Source: Pseudomonadota bacterium
GTDB lineage: Bacteria > Pseudomonadota > Alphaproteobacteria > Rhodobacterales > Rhodobacteraceae
DNA: 64,000 nt
Direction of reading: 5' to 3'
Assembly (NCBI GenBank): GCA_040385245.1
Contig: JAZKHT010000004.1
Coordinates: 173,233-237,232 of the forward strand
Shown here piece after piece: positions 27,586-37,091 of the stretch. Each line of letters begins with the position of its first letter. Position 1 is the first letter of the stretch. Below the pieces are notes generated by a model. It searched no databases and was not told the origin of the DNA. It saw nothing but the letters and a program-made list of their open reading frames with translations. The translations under genes and the position numbers were made by a program.

Positions 27586-28530
27586 ATGCCGCTAAAGGTT
27601 GCCCTGCAGATGGACCCGATCGGGTCAGTCAATATCAACGCCGACAGCACGTTCCGCATCGCGCTTGAAGCGCAAGCGCGGGGGCATTCGTTGTTCTTCT
27701 ATACCCCGGACCGCTTGGCCTTTGTCGAAGGGCGGGTTGTGGCGCGCGGGTGGCCGGTCGAGGTGCGGCGTGAGATTGGCAATCACGTCACCTACGGCGA
27801 CGAGACCGAGGTGGATTTGAGCGAATTCGACGTGGTCTGGTTGCGGCAGGACCCACCGTTCGACATGGGATATATCACGACGACCCATCTGCTGGAGATG
27901 ATCCATCCCCGGACGCTGGTGGTGAACGACCCGTTCTGGGTGCGCAACAGCCCGGAAAAGCTGTTGGTGTTGCGGTTTCCGGATCTGATCCCGCCCACGG
28001 CCATCGCGCGCGATCTGGCGACGATCCGCGCGTTCAAGGCACGGCACGGGGATATCATCCTCAAGCCGCTGTATGGCAACGGCGGGGCGGGCGTGTTCCG
28101 GCTGGACCCGAATGACCGCAATCTTTCGTCGCTGCACGAGTTGTTCACCAGCATGAGCCGTGAGCCGCTGATCGTGCAGAAGTTTCTGCCCGACGTGGCC
28201 AAGGGCGACAAGCGGGTGATCCTGGTCGATGGCGAGCCGGTGGGGGCCATCAACCGCGTGCCCCAGGCGGGTGAGACGCGGTCGAACATGCATGTTGGCG
28301 GGCGACCCGAAAAGATAGGTCTGACCGCCCGCGATCTGGAGATTTGCGCCGCCATCGGCCCGGTGTTGAAGGAAAAGGGGCAGGTTTTTGTCGGCATCGA
28401 CGTGATCGGCGATTATCTGACCGAGATCAACGTGACCTCGCCCACCGGGTTGCAGGAGTTGGAGCGGTTTGACGGCACCAACGCCAGCGCCCGGATCTGG
28501 GAGGTGATCGAGGCGAAGCGGGGGCTGTAA
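27586..28530 (+). CDS. gshB: glutathione synthase
   Basis: 314 aa. [34 protein letters not shown]...[15 protein letters not shown]...[12 protein letters not shown]. Confidence 0.95.
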   Translation: MPLKVALQMDPIGSVNINADSTFRIALEAQARGHSLFFYTPDRLAFVEGRVVARGWPVEVRREIGNHVTYGDETEVDLSEFDVVWLRQDPPFDMGYITTTHLLEMIHPRTLVVNDPFWVRNSPEKLLVLRFPDLIPPTAIARDLATIRAFKARHGDIILKPLYGNGGAGVFRLDPNDRNLSSLHELFTSMSREPLIVQKFLPDVAKGDKRVILVDGEPVGAINRVPQAGETRSNMHVGGRPEKIGLTARDLEICAAIGPVLKEKGQVFVGIDVIGDYLTEINVTSPTGLQELERFDGTNASARIWEVIEAKRGL

Positions 28531-28566
28531 GCGCCGCTCCGACAATCCATCGAATGGACCGCGCGC

Positions 28567-30081
28567 TTAGCCCTGTTTGCCCAAGGCGATCCGGTAGCTG
28601 ACGGCCTCGGCCACATGCGGACGGCGGACATTGGCAGAGCCGTCCAGATCGGCGATGGTGCGCGCGACCCGAAGGACGCGGTGGTAGCCGCGCGCTGACA
28701 GGCCGAACCGTTCCGCCACGCGGGTCAACAGCGCGCGCCCTTCGTCATCGGGCGAGGCGACCTGTTCCAGCATCCGCCCTTCCATGTCGGCATTGACACG
28801 CATACCGGTATGCCCTGCAAACCGCGCGTCTTGCAGGGCGCGCGCACCACGCACCCGTGCCGCCACAGTGGCAGAGTTGTCCCCCGTGGCGGGCAGGTCA
28901 AGGTCGGTGTAGGCGACGGGTGGCACTTCGACCCGCAGATCGAACCGGTCCATCAGCGGGCCGGAGATGCGCCCCAGATAGTCGTCGCCGCAGATCGGGG
29001 CCTTGGCACAGGCGCGGGCGGGATCGGTCATGTAGCCGCATTTGCAGGGGTTCGCCGCCGCGACCAGCAGGAACCGGCACGGATAGCGGATATGGGCATT
29101 GGCGCGCGCGACCACCACCTCGCCGGTTTCGATCGGTTGGCGCAGGGTTTCCAATACGGGCCTTGCGAACTCGGGGAATTCGTCCAAGAACAGCACGCCA
29201 TTGTGGGCAAGGGATATTTCGCCCGGTTTGGCCCCCTTGCCACCCCCCACGATGGCCGCCATCGACGCGGTGTGGTGCGGTTCGCGAAAGGGCCGTGTGC
29301 GCGAGATGCCGCCTTCGGACAACAGCCCTGCCAGCGAGTGGATCATGGAGGTTTCCAGCGCCTCCACCGCCGAAAGCGGGGGCAGAATGCCGCCGAGACG
29401 CGCGGCCAACATCGATTTGCCCGAACCCGGTGTGCCGACCATCAGCATGTGGTGCCGACCGGCGGCGGCGATTTCCAGCGCGCGTTTGGCGCGTTCCTGA
29501 CCCTTGACCTCGGCCATATCGCGCGCCCCTGGATCGGCGATCACCTCGCCTGCTTCGGCCGGGGTCAGGGGGGATTGGCCGGTGTAGTGGCGGACCACCT
29601 CGTCCAATGACCCTGCGGCCAGCACTTCGCAGGCACCGACCCAGGCGGCCTCGGCCCCGCAGGCGCGGGGGCACAGCAGGGCGCGGTGTTCGGCGGCAGC
29701 GGCCATCGCGGCGGGCAGCGCCCCGATGACCGCGATCAGCCGCCCGTCAAGCGACAACTCGCCCAACGCGACGGTGCCTTCGACCTCGTCCTTGGGGATG
29801 ATTTCAAGGGCAGCCAGCAATGCCAGCGCGATGGGCAGATCGAAGTGCGACCCTTCCTTTGGCAGGTCGGCAGGTGACAGGTTCACCGTAATCCGCTTTG
29901 AGGGCAGGGCGATCGACATGGACGACAGTGCCGCGCGGACCCGTTCCTTTGCCTCGGACACGGCCTTGTCGGGCAGGCCGACGATTCCGAAATAGGGCAT
30001 CCCCGCCGAGACGGCGCATTGCACCTCGACCATGCGCGCGTCCACCCCTTCGAAGGCCACCGTGAAGGCCCGAGCAACCAT
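28567..30081 (-). CDS. YifB/ComM family Mg-chelatase-like AAA+ ATPase
   Basis: 504 aa. Lon-like N-domain, Walker A GTPGSGKSM, ...GVLFLDEFPEF.... Confidence 0.9.
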   Translation of the reverse strand: MVARAFTVAFEGVDARMVEVQCAVSAGMPYFGIVGLPDKAVSEAKERVRAALSSMSIALPSKRITVNLSPADLPKEGSHFDLPIALALLAALEIIPKDEVEGTVALGELSLDGRLIAVIGALPAAMAAAAEHRALLCPRACGAEAAWVGACEVLAAGSLDEVVRHYTGQSPLTPAEAGEVIADPGARDMAEVKGQERAKRALEIAAAGRHHMLMVGTPGSGKSMLAARLGGILPPLSAVEALETSMIHSLAGLLSEGGISRTRPFREPHHTASMAAIVGGGKGAKPGEISLAHNGVLFLDEFPEFARPVLETLRQPIETGEVVVARANAHIRYPCRFLLVAAANPCKCGYMTDPARACAKAPICGDDYLGRISGPLMDRFDLRVEVPPVAYTDLDLPATGDNSATVAARVRGARALQDARFAGHTGMRVNADMEGRMLEQVASPDDEGRALLTRVAERFGLSARGYHRVLRVARTIADLDGSANVRRPHVAEAVSYRIALGKQG

Positions 30082-30269
30082 GGTTCCACCCCCTGAACAC
30101 AGCCTTAGCGGTATGGGGTAATGGTTGATGAAGGGTTAAGATTGTGGATGCGGAGGGCGGTGCTGCGACTGCGAACGGGGCATGCGCCAGAAGGATCGAC
30201 GGATTGCGTGTGACCAGTGGACGGAAAGCAGGCGCGGCGCGATGGTGCCGCTGGGCAACCCCTTTCGGG

Positions 30270-31139
30270 CTACCCCTGTACCAATGCCATGAAGGCGGGC
30301 CACGCCTCGGGGTCAGCCACGGTCTTGTCACGGCAAAAGGCGTTGCAGAAACCGAACCTGCGGCCCGCCAGTTCCAGCACATGGGTGACGGGTTTGCCTG
30401 AATAGGGGCATGCGGTGTTTTCTGCTGTGATCCCGTCCACAGCGCGCGCGGACAAAGGGACAGGGCCGGGCCATGGGCGGCGGGGAAAGTCGCGGCGGTA
30501 ATAATCCTGATCGGCCCCGTCTACCATCCCCATGGCCCGCCAGCGCCGGAACGACGGGTGCGCCAGATGCGCGTCAACATAGGCTTGCGCGCTGTCGGAG
30601 ACAGGCAGGTTGTAGCCAGCAATCCGTCCCGCGACGGGGGCAAAGAACGCATCCGCCGCTGAATAGTCCCCACAGAGCCACGGCCCCTGCGCCCCTGTCG
30701 TTGCGCGCGCCCAATCCCAGATCACGCCAAGCCGGGCCAGATTGGCCAGCACGGCATCGGTGGGGCCACAGTCGGTATAGCTGACGCGCAGGTTCATCGG
30801 GCAATGGCTGCGCAATGCCGCAAACCCTGCGTGCATTTCCGCAGCCAGCACGCGCGCTGTGGCCCGCGCCGCCGCGTCGCCCGGCCAATGACCGGCCTGC
30901 GGGTGGCGCGAGGCGAGTTCTTCGGCGATGGCGATGGTTTCCGGCACAACTGTGCCGTCGGGTGTGCGCATCGTGGGGGCGGTGCGGGAAGGGGGGAACG
31001 ACCGCAGCAGGTTTGGCAACTCGTCGGTGTAAAGCCGGGCGCTGTGGGTTTTGACCGGGATATCAAAGGCATCAAACAGCAGCCAGCCGCGCAGGGACCA
31101 ACTGGAATAGGCGCGGTCGCCAATGACAAGATCGTACAT
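30270..31139 (-). CDS. GST-like protein with C-terminal Cys-rich (YHS/TRASH-like) extension
   Basis: Start MYDLVIGDRAYSSWSLRGWLLF (ATG 31139). GST-like body. Tail ...ENTACPYSGKPVTHVLELAGRRFGFCNAFCRDK.... Confidence 0.7.
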   Translation of the reverse strand: MYDLVIGDRAYSSWSLRGWLLFDAFDIPVKTHSARLYTDELPNLLRSFPPSRTAPTMRTPDGTVVPETIAIAEELASRHPQAGHWPGDAAARATARVLAAEMHAGFAALRSHCPMNLRVSYTDCGPTDAVLANLARLGVIWDWARATTGAQGPWLCGDYSAADAFFAPVAGRIAGYNLPVSDSAQAYVDAHLAHPSFRRWRAMGMVDGADQDYYRRDFPRRPWPGPVPLSARAVDGITAENTACPYSGKPVTHVLELAGRRFGFCNAFCRDKTVADPEAWPAFMALVQG

Positions 31140-31217
31140 GAAAGCCCCCTTTTGGATGTGACGCACCTTAGGCGCAGGTCGCATCAAACCAAAAGTGATC
31201 ATTTGTGCGGCGTCACA

Positions 31218-31799
31218 TCACGGAAGGTGATTGATCCGTCCGACATGCCAGCCTTTTGGCCCACGGGTGATTTCGGTCAACGACAAGGGTTCGATCCGAT
31301 GGGCAAACACTTGCTGCACCCCGACCCCCAGCGCGCGCTGCAGGGCGGCAAGGATGGCGCCGAAATGGGCGACGATGATCACCGTTCCATGCCCTTGCAG
31401 CGCGTCGGTGGCGGCGTTTATGCGGGCGGACAGGTCATCCCAGCTTTCCCCACCGGGGGCGGGGGTGGGACCTGCGTCTTCCCAAAAAGCGCGCAGGGGT
31501 GTTGGATCAACTGCGGCAACCTCGTCATGGGTCCGCGCCTCCCATGTGCCGAAATGGATTTCGCGCAGGCGGGGATCGTGCGGCAGGCGGGGCCGCGCGC
31601 CTTGCAAGGCGTCGGCCGTGGCCACGGCGCGGCCAAGGTCGGAGCTGATCACAGGCGCATCGGGCAGCAGCGCGGACAGCCGCACAAGGGCGGCGCGGTC
31701 GGACAGATCGGCGGGCAGGTCGGTCCAGCCGATCATCGCCTTGGCATGGGTCGGCCCGTGGCGGACCCAGATCATGCGTGTTTCCGCAGCCCCCGCCAT
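31218..31799 (-). CDS. cobC: histidine phosphatase family protein (alpha-ribazole phosphatase CobC-like)
   Basis: ...MIWVRHGPTH... RHG motif, ...IIVAHFGAI.... ATG 31799 overlaps the cobU stop (TGATG). Confidence 0.75.
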   Translation of the reverse strand: MAGAAETRMIWVRHGPTHAKAMIGWTDLPADLSDRAALVRLSALLPDAPVISSDLGRAVATADALQGARPRLPHDPRLREIHFGTWEARTHDEVAAVDPTPLRAFWEDAGPTPAPGGESWDDLSARINAATDALQGHGTVIIVAHFGAILAALQRALGVGVQQVFAHRIEPLSLTEITRGPKGWHVGRINHLP

Positions 31800-32362
31800 C
31801 AGGCCACACCATCCGGCAGCGCGCCCTTCAGCACCATGGGCAAGCCTGCCATCACGCCGACAACCAACCCGGCCTGCGCGGCAAGGCGCTGGTTCAACCG
31901 CCCTTGGGCATCGCGAAAGGCGCGGGCAAGGGCGTTTTCGGGAACGATCCCCCAACCCACTTCGTTCGACACGATAACCACCGGGGCAGCGCAGCCGTTC
32001 AGCCCCGTCAGCAGCGCCGTCGTTTCCGCATCCAGATCATGCCCCGCCAGCAGATGATTGGACAGCCAGAGTGTCGCACAATCGATCAGAACCACCTCGT
32101 CCGGCCGGGCAGCGGCCAGCGCACCGCACAGATCAAGTGACGCTTCGACGGTCTGCCAGTCGATGCCCCGGTCGGCGCGATGTCGGGCAATGCGGTCGCG
32201 CATTTCGTCATCCCATGCCTGCGCCGTCGCAATATAGCGGCGGGCCAGCGCGCAGGACCGGACCAGACGCTCGGCCAAGGCCGATTTGCCCGACCGTGCG
32301 CCGCCTACCACCAAAGACAAGGGTGGAATCAATAATTTCTTATCCACCTTTGATCCGTTCAC
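31799..32362 (-). CDS. cobU: adenosylcobinamide kinase/adenosylcobinamide-phosphate guanylyltransferase
   Basis: P-loop ...LVVGGARSGKSALAERL.... Start uncertain: GTG 32362 or an internal TTG near 32332. Confidence 0.85.
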   Translation of the reverse strand: MNGSKVDKKLLIPPLSLVVGGARSGKSALAERLVRSCALARRYIATAQAWDDEMRDRIARHRADRGIDWQTVEASLDLCGALAAARPDEVVLIDCATLWLSNHLLAGHDLDAETTALLTGLNGCAAPVVIVSNEVGWGIVPENALARAFRDAQGRLNQRLAAQAGLVVGVMAGLPMVLKGALPDGVA

Positions 32363-32432
32363 CGATCTGCCTCGTAGAATTCACAAAACGGCAACATGGC
32401 CGCAGCGGTTAGTCTGACTTGGGGGTTATCAC

Positions 32433-33311
32433 ATGGCGCTCGACGGATATAACGATCAAACGATGTCGCGCCAAGCGATGAAGGCCGAACTGCTTGATGC
32501 GGAAACAGAACTGCGTCTTGCCTATGCCTGGCGCGATCAGCGCGACGAACAGGCGCTGCACCGTCTGATCACCGCCTATATGCGGCTTGCCATCAGCATG
32601 GCATCGAAATTTCGCCGCTATGGCGCGCCGATGAACGACCTGATCCAAGAGGCGTCGCTTGGCCTGATGAAGGCCGCCGACAAGTTCGACCCCGACCGGG
32701 GCGTGCGGTTTTCGACCTATGCCGTGTGGTGGATCAAGGCATCGATTCAGGATTACGTCATGCGCAACTGGTCGATGGTGCGCACCGGATCGACCAGCAG
32801 CCAAAAGGCGCTGTTCTTCAACCTGCGCCGCGTTCAGGCGAAGTTGGAGCGCGAGGCCGCACAGCGCGGCGAGGTGCTGGATCAGTTCCAGTTGCGCCAG
32901 ATGGTCGCGACCGAGGTTGGGGTGCCCCTGCACGATGTCGAGATGATGGAGGGTCGGCTGTCGGGGTCCGACTTTTCGCTGAACGCCACGCAATCATCGG
33001 ACGAAGACGGGCGCGAATGGATTGACGCGCTGGAGGATGACGGCATTCAGGCCGCCGAAGCGGTCGAGGGCGCGCATGACGCTGAACGGTTGCGCAGTTG
33101 GCTGATCGCTGCGCTGCAATCGTTGAATTCGCGCGAACGGTTCATCGTAGCCGAACGGAAATTGCGTGAGGAGCCGCGCACCCTGGAATCGCTGGGCGAG
33201 GAATTGGGGCTGTCGAAAGAACGCGTCCGTCAGTTGGAAGCAGCGGCCTTTGCAAAGATGCGCCGCAACCTTGAAGCACAATCGCGCGAAGTGCATCATT
33301 TCCTGATGTAA
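32433..33311 (+). CDS. rpoH: RNA polymerase sigma-32 family factor
   Basis: 292 aa. Region 2 ...DLIQEASLGLMKAADKFDPDRGVRFSTYAVWWIKASIQDYV... and RpoH box ...SQKALFFNLRR.... Confidence 0.9.
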   Translation: MALDGYNDQTMSRQAMKAELLDAETELRLAYAWRDQRDEQALHRLITAYMRLAISMASKFRRYGAPMNDLIQEASLGLMKAADKFDPDRGVRFSTYAVWWIKASIQDYVMRNWSMVRTGSTSSQKALFFNLRRVQAKLEREAAQRGEVLDQFQLRQMVATEVGVPLHDVEMMEGRLSGSDFSLNATQSSDEDGREWIDALEDDGIQAAEAVEGAHDAERLRSWLIAALQSLNSRERFIVAERKLREEPRTLESLGEELGLSKERVRQLEAAAFAKMRRNLEAQSREVHHFLM

Positions 33312-33504
33312 GGGGCGCAGGGGCTTTAAGGGTCTGACGGGTGCGGACGCGCTTTCATCGGAATGGTGCGGCGCGACGTGACCGAAGGTCAGAGGGACCG
33401 GTGGTGATCTGCACCGAATTGCCCCCGCCCCCAACCGCAGGTCGGCGCTTGCGCGCCACAGAACCGGCGCGCAGGGTGGTACGGCAACGGCAGGTGGGGC
33501 AATC

Positions 33505-34308
33505 TTGAAACTTTTTGTCCTTCTTTTCGCCCTGGCCACTCCACTGGCCGCGCAAGAAATTGCCCCGAGCGATCTGGACCGTCTGCCAGCGGCGGACGTG
33601 GTGGTTATTGGGGAAACCCACGACAATCCGGCGCACCATGCCAATCAGGCGCGGGCGGTGGGGGCGATACAGCCGACGGCCCTGGTGTTCGAGATGTTGA
33701 CGCCTGCGCAGGCGGCGCGCACGCCCGACGACCGGGGGGACGCAGACGCGATGGCGCGGGCCTATGACTGGGCAGCGACCGGTTGGCCGGATTTTGCGAT
33801 GTATCACCCGATCTTTGCGGCGGCACCGCTGGCCCGTGTCTATGGGGCCGATGTGGCGCGCGACGATCTGGCGCGGGCGATGTCGGACGGTGCGGCGGCG
33901 GCTTTTGGCACGGATGCGGCGCGCTTTGGTCTGGATGCGCCCTTGGCGGCGAATGATCTAACGGCCCGCCTGGCCGATCAGGCCGCGGCGCATTGCGACA
34001 TGCTGCCTGCCGATCTGCTGCCCGGCATGGTCGAGGCGCAGCGTCTGCGCGATGCGGCACTGGCGCGCGCGGCGGTGCAGGCCATGGTGGAAACCGGGGG
34101 GCCAGTGGCCGTGATCACCGGGTCGGGCCATGCGCGCGAGGATACCGGTGTGCCTGCGCTGCTGCGTCAGGCAAAGCCTTCGCTGACGGTGCTGTCCATA
34201 GGCCAGATCGAAGGCCCGCCCGAAGGGGATGTGCCGTTTGATCTGTGGATCGTCACGGACGGTGTGCCAGGGCGTGGCAACCCTTGCGCCGCCTTTGGTG
34301 CCGACTGA
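33505..34308 (+). CDS. ChaN-family (haem-binding uptake, Tiki superfamily) periplasmic protein
   Basis: TTG start. Signal peptide MKLFVLLFALATPLAAQ. ...VVVIGETHDNPAHH... is a ChaN hallmark. Confidence 0.75.
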   Translation: MKLFVLLFALATPLAAQEIAPSDLDRLPAADVVVIGETHDNPAHHANQARAVGAIQPTALVFEMLTPAQAARTPDDRGDADAMARAYDWAATGWPDFAMYHPIFAAAPLARVYGADVARDDLARAMSDGAAAAFGTDAARFGLDAPLAANDLTARLADQAAAHCDMLPADLLPGMVEAQRLRDAALARAAVQAMVETGGPVAVITGSGHAREDTGVPALLRQAKPSLTVLSIGQIEGPPEGDVPFDLWIVTDGVPGRGNPCAAFGAD

Positions 34309-34387
34309 CCTCGCCGCTGCGTCTGAGGAGTTGAGTTTGCCCCGCCCCGCCCCTACACCAGTGCCAGACCCTTTGGCGGAGCGTGTC

Positions 34388-35590
34388 ATGCTGGCCGGAA
34401 AACGCGTCCTTTTGATCATCGGTGGCGGCATTGCCGCCTATAAGACGCTGGAACTCATCCGCCTCTTGCGCGGGGCGGGGGCGGCAGTCACTCCGGTGAT
34501 GACCCGCGCCGCAGCGGAATTTGTAACACCGCTGTCGGTGGCATCTCTGGCGGGCGAGGCGGTTCACACCGAATTGTTCGACCTGACGCAAGAGGCCGAG
34601 ATGGGACATATTCAACTGTCGCGCAGCGCCGATCTGATTGTTGTGGCCCCGGCGACGGCGGACCTTCTGGCCAAGATGGCGCAGGGGCGTGCGGATGATC
34701 TGGCATCGACCCTGCTGCTTGCGACCGATACCGCCGTTCTGGCAGCCCCGGCGATGAACGTGCGGATGTGGGAACATCCGGCGACACAGCGCAACCTGAC
34801 CCAGGTTCAGGCCGACGGGGTGCGTTTTATCGGGCCGAACGTGGGCGACATGGCGTGCGGCGAATACGGGCCGGGCCGCATGGCGGAACCGGTTGAGATA
34901 TTCGATGCAGTGCAGGCCGCACTGGTGCAGGGGCGGCCCCTTTCAGGGCGGCATGTCCTTGTCACCTCTGGCCCCACGCATGAACCGATTGATCCGGTGC
35001 GCTATATCGCCAACCGCTCTTCCGGGGCGCAAGGCACGGCGCTGGCAGTGGCGCTGCGCGATCTGGGGGCGGATGTGACCTTTGTCACCGGGCCTGCGAC
35101 CGTGCCGCCACCTGCGGGCGTCAAGGTGATGCGGGTGGAAACCGCGCAAGAAATGCTGTCGGCGGTCGAGGCTGCGCTGCCCGCCGATGCGGCGGTCTTT
35201 GCGGCGGCCGTGGCCGATTGGCGGGTGGCGAATGCCGCCGCTTCGAAGATCAAGAAGGATGGTCATGGCCATTTGCCTGCGTTGGAATTCGCCGTAAACC
35301 CCGACATTCTGGCGACGGTGTCACAGCTGCAAAACGACAGGCCGGGGCTGGTGGTCGGCTTTGCCGCCGAAACCGATGATGTGATCCGCCATGCGCAGGC
35401 CAAACTGGCGCGCAAGGGGTGTGATTGGATCGTGGCCAATGACGTGTCGCCCGAAACCGGTATCATGGGCGGCGCTGAAAACGCGGTGTCGTTGATCACG
35501 GCGGCGGGGGTGGACCACTGGCCGCGCCTGCCCAAAGACGAGGTGGCACGTCGTCTGGCCTTGCGGATCGCGGGGGCGCTGGCGCAATGA
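34388..35590 (+). CDS. coaBC: bifunctional phosphopantothenoylcysteine decarboxylase/phosphopantothenate--cysteine ligase
   Basis: Start [28 protein letters not shown] (ATG 34388). Flavoprotein plus DFP domains. Confidence 0.95.
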   Translation: MLAGKRVLLIIGGGIAAYKTLELIRLLRGAGAAVTPVMTRAAAEFVTPLSVASLAGEAVHTELFDLTQEAEMGHIQLSRSADLIVVAPATADLLAKMAQGRADDLASTLLLATDTAVLAAPAMNVRMWEHPATQRNLTQVQADGVRFIGPNVGDMACGEYGPGRMAEPVEIFDAVQAALVQGRPLSGRHVLVTSGPTHEPIDPVRYIANRSSGAQGTALAVALRDLGADVTFVTGPATVPPPAGVKVMRVETAQEMLSAVEAALPADAAVFAAAVADWRVANAAASKIKKDGHGHLPALEFAVNPDILATVSQLQNDRPGLVVGFAAETDDVIRHAQAKLARKGCDWIVANDVSPETGIMGGAENAVSLITAAGVDHWPRLPKDEVARRLALRIAGALAQ

Positions 35591-36054
35591 TCCCGACGCT
35601 GCGCATCCTGTGGGAAGACTGGGCGGACCGCGCCCTTGCCCTGCCATCTTATGAAACGCCGGGGGCTGCGGGGGCGGATATCCGCGCCAATCTGCGGGCT
35701 GATGATCGCAGCGCAGGGGTCACGCTTGCGCCGATGCAGCGGGTGATCGTGCCGACGGGCATCCGGGTGGAAATTCCGGTGGGTTTCGAAATGCAGATCC
35801 GCCCCCGTTCGGGGTTGGCGGTGAAACATGGCATCACCCTGCCCAACACGCCCGGCACCATCGACAGCGATTATCGCGGTCCCCTTGGCGTGGCACTGAT
35901 CAATCTGGGAACCGAAGCGTTCACGGTTCATCACGGCGACCGGATCGCACAAATGATCATCGCCCCGGTGGTGCAGGTGGCGTTTCAGGTGGTTGATGCC
36001 CTGTCCGATACCGAGCGGGGCGAGGGGGGCTTCGGCTCTACCGGCAGGCGCTGA
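35587..36054 (+). CDS. dut: dUTP diphosphatase
   Basis: 155 aa. ...GAAGADIRA..., ...[26 protein letters not shown].... ATGA overlap with coaBC. Confidence 0.95.
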   Translation: MIPTLRILWEDWADRALALPSYETPGAAGADIRANLRADDRSAGVTLAPMQRVIVPTGIRVEIPVGFEMQIRPRSGLAVKHGITLPNTPGTIDSDYRGPLGVALINLGTEAFTVHHGDRIAQMIIAPVVQVAFQVVDALSDTERGEGGFGSTGRR

Positions 36055-37091
36055 TGCTGTTGTTTTTCGCAATGGCGGCGGCGCTGTGGGGGGTGGGGGT
36101 TTTGCTGAAAACCCCGGTTCGTCTGCGGTTGGGCATGATCGGGATGCTGTGGCTGGGCGTGGTGCTGTTGCACCTTTTGCTGCCAGACGGGCACCCGTTG
36201 CGGCAGGCCACAGGGGGCGATGCGCAGGTCTGGCTGGTGTTCGGCGGTCTTGTGCTGCTGGTGGCAGGGTATCGTGGGGTGCTTGGGCGATTGCGCCGTC
36301 GGGCCGCGCCGGTGCCGGCGGTGCCGACCGGGGCGTTCCGGCCTGCGGAACTGGACCGCTATGCCCGCCACATCATGCTGCGCGAAATTGGCGGGCCGGG
36401 GCAGCGGCGGCTGAAGGATGCGCAGGTGCTTGTGGTGGGGGCGGGTGGTCTGGGGTCGCCGGTGCTGCTGTATCTGGCGGCGGCGGGGGTCGGCACCATT
36501 GGCGTGATCGACGACGACACGGTGGATGCGTCAAACCTGCAACGTCAGATCATCCACACCGACGCGCGGATCGGTCTGCCCAAGGTGCAGTCGGCGGAAA
36601 TTGCCATGCGCGAGCTGAACCCGTTCATCGAGGTGCGGCCCTATCAGCGGCGTCTGGGGTCGGATATCGCAAATGATCTGATCGCCGGTTACGATCTGGT
36701 ACTGGACGGGTCGGACAATTTCGACACGCGCTATCTGGTCAACCGCGCCTGCGTCGCTGCGGGCAAGCCCCTGATCGCGGCGGCGATCACCCAGTGGGAG
36801 GGGCAGATTTCCCTGTATGATCCGTCTCATGGCGGGCCGTGTTATGAATGTGTCTTTCCGGTGCGCCCCGCGCCCGGATTGGTGCCGACCTGCGCCGAAG
36901 CAGGGGTTGCCGCCCCCTTGCCGGGGGTGATCGGGTCCATCATGGCGATGGAGGCGGTGAAGCATCTGACCGGGGCAGGGTCCGGCCTGCGCGGGCGGCT
37001 GATGATCCACGATGCGCTGCATGCAGAAACGCGGGTGATCGGGGTGAAGCCGCGCGCCGACTGTCCGGTGTGCGGTGGGGTCAATCCGTGA
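36054..37091 (+). CDS. ThiF/MoeB/HesA-family E1-like adenylyltransferase with about 95-aa N-terminal 3-TM extension
   Basis: N-terminal hydrophobic segments. ...RYARHIMLREIGGPGQRRLKDAQVLVVGAGGLGSPVLLYLAAAGVG...NLQRQIIH.... Two CxxC pairs (CYEC, CPVC). TGATG overlap with dut. Confidence 0.85.
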   Translation: MLLFFAMAAALWGVGVLLKTPVRLRLGMIGMLWLGVVLLHLLLPDGHPLRQATGGDAQVWLVFGGLVLLVAGYRGVLGRLRRRAAPVPAVPTGAFRPAELDRYARHIMLREIGGPGQRRLKDAQVLVVGAGGLGSPVLLYLAAAGVGTIGVIDDDTVDASNLQRQIIHTDARIGLPKVQSAEIAMRELNPFIEVRPYQRRLGSDIANDLIAGYDLVLDGSDNFDTRYLVNRACVAAGKPLIAAAITQWEGQISLYDPSHGGPCYECVFPVRPAPGLVPTCAEAGVAAPLPGVIGSIMAMEAVKHLTGAGSGLRGRLMIHDALHAETRVIGVKPRADCPVCGGVNP

